From the NCBI GenBank assembly GCA_044222065.1, contig JBGAOA010000091.1:1-12397 (forward strand): 12,397 nucleotides of DNA, in the 5' to 3' direction. This DNA is from Candidatus Eiseniibacteriota bacterium. GTDB lineage: Bacteria > Eisenbacteria > RBG-16-71-46. Positions 6,888 through 12,397 of the stretch are shown here, piece after piece; the stretch's first letter is position 1, and the number at the start of each line of letters is the position of its first letter. Under the pieces are notes generated by a model. The model was not told the DNA's origin. It worked only from the letters and a program-made list of their open reading frames with translations, and did no database searches. Position numbers and translations under genes: made by a program.

Positions 6888-8408
6888 ATGAACGTTCGTA
6901 CGCTGACCGCCCGCTCCGCGATCGCGCTCGTGTGCGCGCTGCTCGCGCCCGTCCCGGCTGCGCACGCCGGCGTTCCGATCGGCACGGCCTTCACGTACCA
7001 GGGCAGCCTGAGCGACGGGGGAGTGCCCGCGACCGGTGCGTACGACTTCAAGTTCACCCTCTACGACGCGCTCACCGGCGGCACGATCGTCGGCTCGACG
7101 CTCGTGCTCGACGACGTCCAGGTCGTGAGCGGCGTGTTCGCGGTCGATCTCGACTTCGGAGCGTCCGCCTACTACGCCGCCGAGGCGCGCTGGCTGCTGG
7201 TCGAGACGCGCGCCGGAAGTTCGACCGGCATCTACACCGCGCTGCCGCGGCAGCGCCTGAGCGCGACGCCGAGCGCGCTCGGTCTGTCGCTGCCCGTGAG
7301 CCAGCTCGCGCCGAGCAACTTCCCGTTGCTGACGCTCACGAACACCGGCATCGGATCGGGCGGCCTGTTCCTCTCCGGCGCGGGCACCACGCTCAATTAC
7401 GGGCTCGAGGGCATCACGCAGAGCAGCGCGTCGCAGTCGGCGGGCCTGCGCGGCTGGGCGACGGCGGCGAGCGGAAACGTGATCGGCGTCGAGGGCGTCG
7501 CGACCGCGTCTCCCTCGGGCACCGGCCTCGTCGGCACCGGCAGCGCGACCGGCGCCTACCTCTCGGCGACCGGCGCCAACTCGACCGGCCTCTACGCGTA
7601 CGGCTCGCTGCGGGGCATCTACGCGGAGAACACCTCGACCGGAGCGGCGATCGTCGCCGTCGGTCACGGTGGAACGGGCTCGGCGAGCGTGCAGGTGCAG
7701 AACAACGCCACGGGGCCCGCGATCTCGCTCACGGGCAAGGGATCGGCGGCGACGAACGCCACGCTGCAGGTCGAGAACACGAACGCCACCGACGGCATCG
7801 CCGCCTACGTCCGCAACTCGAGCGGCTTCGCCACCGCGCACCTGCGCAACGCGGGCTCGGGGCAGATCCTGTGGCTCGAGGACGCGGGCCCGAGCGGCGA
7901 CTTCATCGTCGCGACCGGCACGGGCGGGCTCAAGTTCTGGGTGGACGGAGCCGGCACCACGCACACGAAGGTGCTCGAGATCCTCGGCGGCGCCGACCTG
8001 TCCGAGACGTTCGACGTCGCGGACGACGAGGCGCCCGCGCCGGGTTCCGTCGTGAGCATCGACCCGGATCACGAGGGCCGGCTCACGCTGACCCGCGAGC
8101 CTTACGACCGCCGCGTCGCGGGCATCGTGAGCGGCGCCGGCGGCGTGAAGACGGGGATGCTGATGGGTCAGGCGGGCTCGGTCGCGAGCGGCGCGCACGC
8201 CGTCGCGCTCACCGGGCGCGTCTACTGCCGCGCGACCGCCGCGAATGGACCGATCCGGCCCGGGGACCTGCTCACGACGTCCGCCGTCGCGGGGTGCGCG
8301 ATGCGCGTGGACGATTCCGCGCGCGCCCAGGGCGCGATCCTCGGCAAGGCGATGGGCTCGCTCGAGGCGGGCGAAGGACTCGTGCTCGTGCTCGTGGGGC
8401 TGCAGTGA
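6888..8408 (+). CDS. Secreted fibre/tailspike-like protein: N-terminal FTYQG domain, GxxG beta-repeats, C-terminal Peptidase G2-like intramolecular chaperone, 506 aa
   Basis: GAGGAG SD and signal peptide ending AHA. TAFTYQGSL...GAYDFKFTLYDALTGG, repeats GLEG/GLRG/GVEG/GLVG/GLYA/GIYA, then GGADLSETF...PGSVVSID...VAGIVS...VALTGRVYC...GPIRPGDLLTTS...ILGKAM. Confidence 0.8.
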   Translation: MNVRTLTARSAIALVCALLAPVPAAHAGVPIGTAFTYQGSLSDGGVPATGAYDFKFTLYDALTGGTIVGSTLVLDDVQVVSGVFAVDLDFGASAYYAAEARWLLVETRAGSSTGIYTALPRQRLSATPSALGLSLPVSQLAPSNFPLLTLTNTGIGSGGLFLSGAGTTLNYGLEGITQSSASQSAGLRGWATAASGNVIGVEGVATASPSGTGLVGTGSATGAYLSATGANSTGLYAYGSLRGIYAENTSTGAAIVAVGHGGTGSASVQVQNNATGPAISLTGKGSAATNATLQVENTNATDGIAAYVRNSSGFATAHLRNAGSGQILWLEDAGPSGDFIVATGTGGLKFWVDGAGTTHTKVLEILGGADLSETFDVADDEAPAPGSVVSIDPDHEGRLTLTREPYDRRVAGIVSGAGGVKTGMLMGQAGSVASGAHAVALTGRVYCRATAANGPIRPGDLLTTSAVAGCAMRVDDSARAQGAILGKAMGSLEAGEGLVLVLVGLQ

Positions 8409-9583
8409 GGCTCGGGGCACGCGCGGCGCGCCGCGCGTGGGCGCCGGCCCTCGCGGCGCTGCTCCTCGCCGCGACCGCGTCCGCCGGCACGACGATCGGC
8501 ATCCGCGTTTCGGTGAAGGTGATCCTCGATCCGCTGACCGGCCAGCGCCCGCTCACGGCACAGGGCACGCCCATCACCGACTCCGAGATCGAGTCGATGT
8601 TCACGATGGCGAACGACACGTTGTTCACGACCTACCAGCGTGGCTACCGGTTCGTGCTCACCGGCCCGCCGCAGAACATCGGGTCGCCGTGCGCGATCTG
8701 CCCGGTCGGCAATCCGAGCCGCTGGTTCGCCGAGACGTTTCCCGAAGCGAACGCGGAAGGCCTCCTGCACGACTTCGAGGTGCTCGCCCTCAACAACGCC
8801 ACGTTCGGATGGGACCCGACCGCCGTGAACGTGTTCATCAACTCGGGCAAGGGCAACGGAGGCATCTCGTCGTTTCCCTTCCGCAGTTCGGGTTCGAACG
8901 CGCATCACCACGTCGTGTTCTGGGGCGGAACGCTCGTGGACGACGGCTTCGCGACGGCGTTTCCGGCGGCGATCGCACACCACGAGATCGGGCACTACTT
9001 CAACCTCTTCCACACGCACGACGGGCAACCGGCGTGCGTCGACACGCTGAGCTATCTGTGCTCGGCCTGCGAGGGGGCCCCGGTCGCGGCCGACAGCGTG
9101 CTCGACACGATCGAGGACCGGAGCTGTTCGCTGACCTGCCCGGGCTGCATCTCGGGCTGGCACACGGACGAACTGGCGCTCCACACGTACGGGGTGCCGT
9201 TCAACCAGCTCGGACCCGCGGAGGCGCAGGTCGTGCTCGACACGTACGAGAACAACATGTCGTACCACAATCACGTCAAGCCCTACGGTCGCGCGGTCAA
9301 CTACCGGATGACTGAAGGGCAGCTCGACCGCTGGGCGGACAACGCGAACAACGTGCGGCACGACGTCGTCACGGGGCGCACGCGCTTCGCCACCAGCTGT
9401 CCTTCGTGTGGGGGCAATGGCAGCAGCGCATCGCCCTTCGGCACCGTGTTCGCGGCGCACGCCGCGGCGAATCCCGGCGACATCCTGCTGCTGCGTCCGG
9501 GCAACTACGCCGAGACGCTGCTGCTCACGAAGCCGGTCACGCTGCGCGTCCCGCGCACCGGCACGGCGCGCATCGGGCAGTAG
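8405..9583 (+). CDS. Secreted zinc metalloprotease, M43 (pappalysin/ulilysin-like metzincin), with C-terminal DUF1565-like module, 392 aa
   Basis: GTG at 8405 overlaps the upstream stop (GTGA). Signal peptide ending ATASA, AVNVFIN strand, zinc motif HEIGHYFNLFHTH (from 8981), Met-turn NNMSY, MTEGQLDR. Tail GNGSSASPFGTVFAAHAAANPGDILLLRPGNYAE. Confidence 0.82.
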   Translation: MRLGARAARRAWAPALAALLLAATASAGTTIGIRVSVKVILDPLTGQRPLTAQGTPITDSEIESMFTMANDTLFTTYQRGYRFVLTGPPQNIGSPCAICPVGNPSRWFAETFPEANAEGLLHDFEVLALNNATFGWDPTAVNVFINSGKGNGGISSFPFRSSGSNAHHHVVFWGGTLVDDGFATAFPAAIAHHEIGHYFNLFHTHDGQPACVDTLSYLCSACEGAPVAADSVLDTIEDRSCSLTCPGCISGWHTDELALHTYGVPFNQLGPAEAQVVLDTYENNMSYHNHVKPYGRAVNYRMTEGQLDRWADNANNVRHDVVTGRTRFATSCPSCGGNGSSASPFGTVFAAHAAANPGDILLLRPGNYAETLLLTKPVTLRVPRTGTARIGQ

Positions 9584-9597
9584 CCGCCGCGCCACAC

Positions 9598-9618
9598 CGC
9601 GAGTTCCACGGGCTCGCG
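9598..9618 (+). terminator. Possible weak hairpin after the protease gene
   Basis: CGCGAGTTC-cac-GGGCTCGCG: 9-bp stem with two G-U pairs, 14 nt after the TAG. No U-tract. Confidence 0.3.
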
Positions 9619-9629
9619 CCGACCGCGCG

Positions 9630-9708
9630 TCATCGTCCGAGCAGCGTCGCGACCGCCTCGCGCCAGCGGCGCTCCTCGCCGCGCCGCCACGCGGCGCGCT
9701 GATGCGGC
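9630..9708 (-). repeat. Orphan duplicate of the glpK 3' end (direct repeat, copy 1)
   Basis: 79 bp, 77/79 identical to 11126-11204. Reads [29 protein letters not shown] versus [29 protein letters not shown] in glpK. Confidence 0.95.
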
Positions 9709-9884
9709 GACCTGCCGCCACGCTCGGTATTGCGCGCCGGGGCCGAACGTTCATCGCCGCACCTCCCGGCGGGAATCCGCCCGGATTTCGCGTGCAACCC
9801 CGGCCGATTGGCGCGGCGTTTCGCGGCGCAGTTCCGATCCCGTAAGTTGCAGCGGTCCCTACCGCCCAACCTGGAGGATGCGTC

Positions 9885-11099
9885 ATGGATCGCGTGAGCG
9901 AATTCCTCGCGGGAAACGGACGCTACGTCCTGCTGCTCTTCGCCTTGTTCGTCCTTCCGCGGATGCTGCAGCGATGGCGGCTGCCGGCGGCCGTGACGAG
10001 CCTCGCGATCGGCGCCGCCGTCGCGATAGGGCTCGGCTGGTTCCGGCATGACTCCACGATCTCGCTGCTCTCGACGCTCGGGATCGTCGCGCTGTTCCTG
10101 TTCGCCGGCATGGAGATCGACCTCGCCGAGCTGCACCGTCAGCGCGGCGTGCTCACGGGGCATCTCGTGCTCTACTCCCTTGCGCTCGTCGGGCTCGCCG
10201 GACTCGTGCGCGGACTGTTCTCGCTGCCGACGGCGCCGGCGGTGCTCGTGGCGCTCGCGCTGCTCACGCCCTCGACGGGCTTCATCCTCGACTCTCTCGC
10301 GAGTTTTGGATTCGAGGAATCCGAGCGGCAGGCGGTGAAGCTCAAGGCGATCGCGAGCGAGTTGCTCGCGCTCGTCGTGCTGTTCGTCACCGTGCAATCG
10401 TCCTCGTGGTCGCAGCTTGCGATCTCGGGCGGCGTGCTCGTGGCGATGATCCTGCTGCTGCCGCTGGCGTTCCACGCCTTCGCGCGCTTCATCGCGCCGC
10501 ACGCCCCGAACACGGAGTTCGCCTTCCTGCTCATGACGGCCGCCGTGTGCGCCTCGATCACGCGCGAGCTCGGCGTCTACTATCTCGTCGGGGCGTTCGT
10601 CGTCGGCCTCGTGGCGCGCCGCTTCGGCCTGCGCATCGCCGTCATGGGGAGCGGGAACTTCATCAAGGCGCTCGAGCTGTTCGCATCGGTGTTCATCCCG
10701 TTCTACTTCTTCCATGCCGGCACGGAGATCCGCCGCGAGGATCTCGGTCCGTTCGCCTGGATCATCGGGCTGGTATTCCTGGTCGCGCTGCTGCCGCCGC
10801 GCGTCATGCTCGTCGCGGGCTTGCGTCGCTTCGCCTCGCGCGAGACCGGGCGTGCGAGCCTCCGCATCGCGGCCTCCCTGCTGCCGACGCTCGTGTTCGG
10901 GCTGGTCATCGCACGGATCCTGCGCGAGCACTACTCCGTGGATCCGGCGATCTTCGGGGCCGTCGTCGTTTACACGATCGCGAGCACGGTAATTCCGGGT
11001 TTCTTTCTGCACGCCCCGACGGTCGAGTACGGCCGGCCGACCGCGGACGGCGGGTCGCCGGCGGACGAGCGAGCCGCGGCGGAGAACGATCGCACCTGA
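9885..11099 (+). CDS. Cation:proton antiporter, CPA2-like (Na+/H+ exchanger family), no C-terminal KTN domain, 404 aa
   Basis: GGAGG SD, about 12 hydrophobic segments. Motifs LGIVALFLFAGMEID, LLTPSTGFI, LVGAFVVGL and FIPFYFFHAG match the CPA2 pattern. Confidence 0.85.
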   Translation: MDRVSEFLAGNGRYVLLLFALFVLPRMLQRWRLPAAVTSLAIGAAVAIGLGWFRHDSTISLLSTLGIVALFLFAGMEIDLAELHRQRGVLTGHLVLYSLALVGLAGLVRGLFSLPTAPAVLVALALLTPSTGFILDSLASFGFEESERQAVKLKAIASELLALVVLFVTVQSSSWSQLAISGGVLVAMILLLPLAFHAFARFIAPHAPNTEFAFLLMTAAVCASITRELGVYYLVGAFVVGLVARRFGLRIAVMGSGNFIKALELFASVFIPFYFFHAGTEIRREDLGPFAWIIGLVFLVALLPPRVMLVAGLRRFASRETGRASLRIAASLLPTLVFGLVIARILREHYSVDPAIFGAVVVYTIASTVIPGFFLHAPTVEYGRPTADGGSPADERAAAENDRT

Positions 11100-11102
11100 G
11101 GG

Positions 11103-11123
11103 GGCGGGCTCGCGGAGCCCGCC
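11103..11123. terminator. Hairpin between convergent antiporter and glpK stops; putative bidirectional terminator
   Basis: GGCGGGCTC-gcg-GAGCCCGCC, a perfect 9-bp stem filling the 26-nt gap between the two TGA stops. Confidence 0.6.
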
Positions 11124-11125
11124 TC

Positions 11126-11204
11126 TCATCGTCCGAGCAGCGTCGCGACCGCCTCGCGCCAGCGGCGCTCCTCGCTGCGCCGCCACGCGACGCGCTGATG
11201 CGGC
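11126..11204 (-). repeat. glpK 3' end (direct repeat, copy 2)
   Basis: Matches 9630-9708 at 77/79; offset 1496 bp. Confidence 0.95.
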
Positions 11205-12397
11205 CGGAACACGCGCTCGACGCGGCGCGCGCGCGACGCGTCCGCCTGCGACGACCAGAACCCGGTCGCGAGCCCCGCGAGCAGCGCGGCGCCGAGTGCC
11301 GTCGTCTCGATGACGGCGGGGCGCTCGACCGGCACGCCGAGCACGTCGGCCTGGTACTGCATCAGCCAGTCGTTCGCCGCAGCGCCTCCGTCCACGCGCA
11401 GCCGCGCGATGCGCCGCCCGGCGTCGCGCTCCATCGCGCGCACGAGTTCGAGGCTCTGAAGCGCGAGCGACTCGAGCGCGGCGCGCGCGACGTGCGCGCG
11501 GCTCGTGCCGCGCGTGAGGCCGAGCAGCGCGCCGCGCACGTCGGGCCGCCAGTACGGCGCGCCGAGTCCGACGAACGCCGGCACGAGCACGACGCCGCCC
11601 GAATCCGGCACCGAGCGCGCGAGCGCTTCGCTTTCGGAGGCGCGCTCGAGGATGCGCAGGCCGTCGCGCAGCCACTGGAGCGCGGCGCCGGCGATGAACA
11701 CGCTGCCCTCGAGCGCATACGCGGGCTCGCCGCGCGCGCCGCACGCGACGGTCGTGAGCAGCCCGGAGCGCGAAGCGACGGGTGAACCGCCCGTGTGGAG
11801 CAGCAGGAAGCAGCCCGTGCCGTACGTGTTCTTGCTCTGCCCGCGCGCGACGCAGCCCTGGCCGAACAGCGCCGCCTGCTGGTCGCCCGCGATGCCCGCG
11901 ACCGGAATGCCGTCGGGGAGGAATCCCGCGCGCTTCGTCGTCGCGAACACGCCGCTCGACGGCCGGACCTCCGGCAGCAGCGCGCGCGGCACGCCGAAGC
12001 GGTCGAGCATCGCGTCGTCCCAGTCGAGCGCGCGCAGGCCGTAGAGCAGCGTGCGCGAGGCGTTCGTCGGATCGGTGACGTGCGCGCCGCCCGCGAGCTT
12101 CCACACGAGCCAGCTGTCCACCGTGCCGAACGCGAGTTCGCCGCGCGCGGCGCGCGCCGCCGCGCGCGGCACGTGGCGCAGCAGCCATTCGAGCTTCGTG
12201 CCCGCGAAGTACGGATCGGGCACGAGGCCCGTGCGGCGGCGGATGTCGCGCTCGAGCCCGCGCCGGCGCAGTTCGGCGCACCGCTCGCTCGTGGGCCGGA
12301 CCTGCCACACGTGGGCGCGGTGGATCGGGCGCGACGTCCGGCGCTCCCAGACGAGCGTCGTCTCGCGCTGGTTCGTGATCCCGATCGCTTCGATCGC
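11126..12397 (-). CDS. glpK: Glycerol kinase, 5'-truncated by the window edge
   Basis: Frame is open to 12397. Motifs [91 protein letters not shown]. Confidence 0.97.
   Translation of the reverse strand, partial: AIEAIGITNQRETTLVWERRTSRPIHRAHVWQVRPTSERCAELRRRGLERDIRRRTGLVPDPYFAGTKLEWLLRHVPRAAARAARGELAFGTVDSWLVWKLAGGAHVTDPTNASRTLLYGLRALDWDDAMLDRFGVPRALLPEVRPSSGVFATTKRAGFLPDGIPVAGIAGDQQAALFGQGCVARGQSKNTYGTGCFLLLHTGGSPVASRSGLLTTVACGARGEPAYALEGSVFIAGAALQWLRDGLRILERASESEALARSVPDSGGVVLVPAFVGLGAPYWRPDVRGALLGLTRGTSRAHVARAALESLALQSLELVRAMERDAGRRIARLRVDGGAAANDWLMQYQADVLGVPVERPAVIETTALGAALLAGLATGFWSSQADASRARRVERVFRPHQRVAWRRSEERRWREAVATLLGR

Noticed and set aside
6888..8408. Prophage tail gene
   Set aside because: Has a Sec signal peptide and sits among cellular secreted-protein genes; no capsid, terminase or integrase genes in the window.
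6932..9583. 883-aa ORF as a fibre-protease fusion
   Set aside because: The first 491 codons are Arg-rich off-frame read-through of the fibre gene; the real gene starts at GTG 8405 with its own signal peptide.
9808..9824. Possible sigma-54 promoter TTGGCGCGGCGTTTCGC before the antiporter
   Set aside because: GG and GC are 11 nt apart rather than the strictly required 10.
9630..12308. 892-aa minus-strand ORF ending in a GlpK-like tail
   Set aside because: Off-frame to glpK and antisense to the antiporter. It ends in GlpK-like residues only because it runs into the duplicated 79-bp tail.
1..12397. CRISPR array, tRNA, rRNA, IS element
   Set aside because: No regularly spaced repeats, RNA-gene signatures or transposase motifs seen; intergenic gaps are short.

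Overview
Very GC-rich bacterial DNA with 11 supportable coding regions. The C-terminal tag types suggest an FCB-superphylum lineage such as Ca. Eisenbacteria/Krumholzibacteria; this is inference only. From left to right: (1) a secreted alpha/beta hydrolase and a lipoprotein beta-lactamase-family serine hydrolase on the minus strand, divergent from a HisKA_3 sensor kinase and a NarL-type response regulator that is broken by a frameshifting internal deletion of about 43 nt; a clear double-palindrome operator lies between the two units; (2) a secreted Cys-rich hypothetical protein ending in a short ...SWGALKSLYR tail, and a DUF4349-like lipoprotein with an ECF-type promoter; (3) a three-gene secreted-protein operon: a small WTVDGGG...GGFW protein with a T9SS/FlgD-like C-terminal domain, an FTYQG fibre-like protein with a phage-tailspike-type (Peptidase G2-like) C-terminal chaperone, and an M43 zinc protease with a C-terminal beta-helix-cap-like module. 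This operon is the best candidate for an undescribed surface-display system; (4) an atypical CPA2 cation:proton antiporter bracketed by a 79-bp direct repeat (77/79 identical) of the glpK 3' end; (5) glpK, which runs off the right edge.
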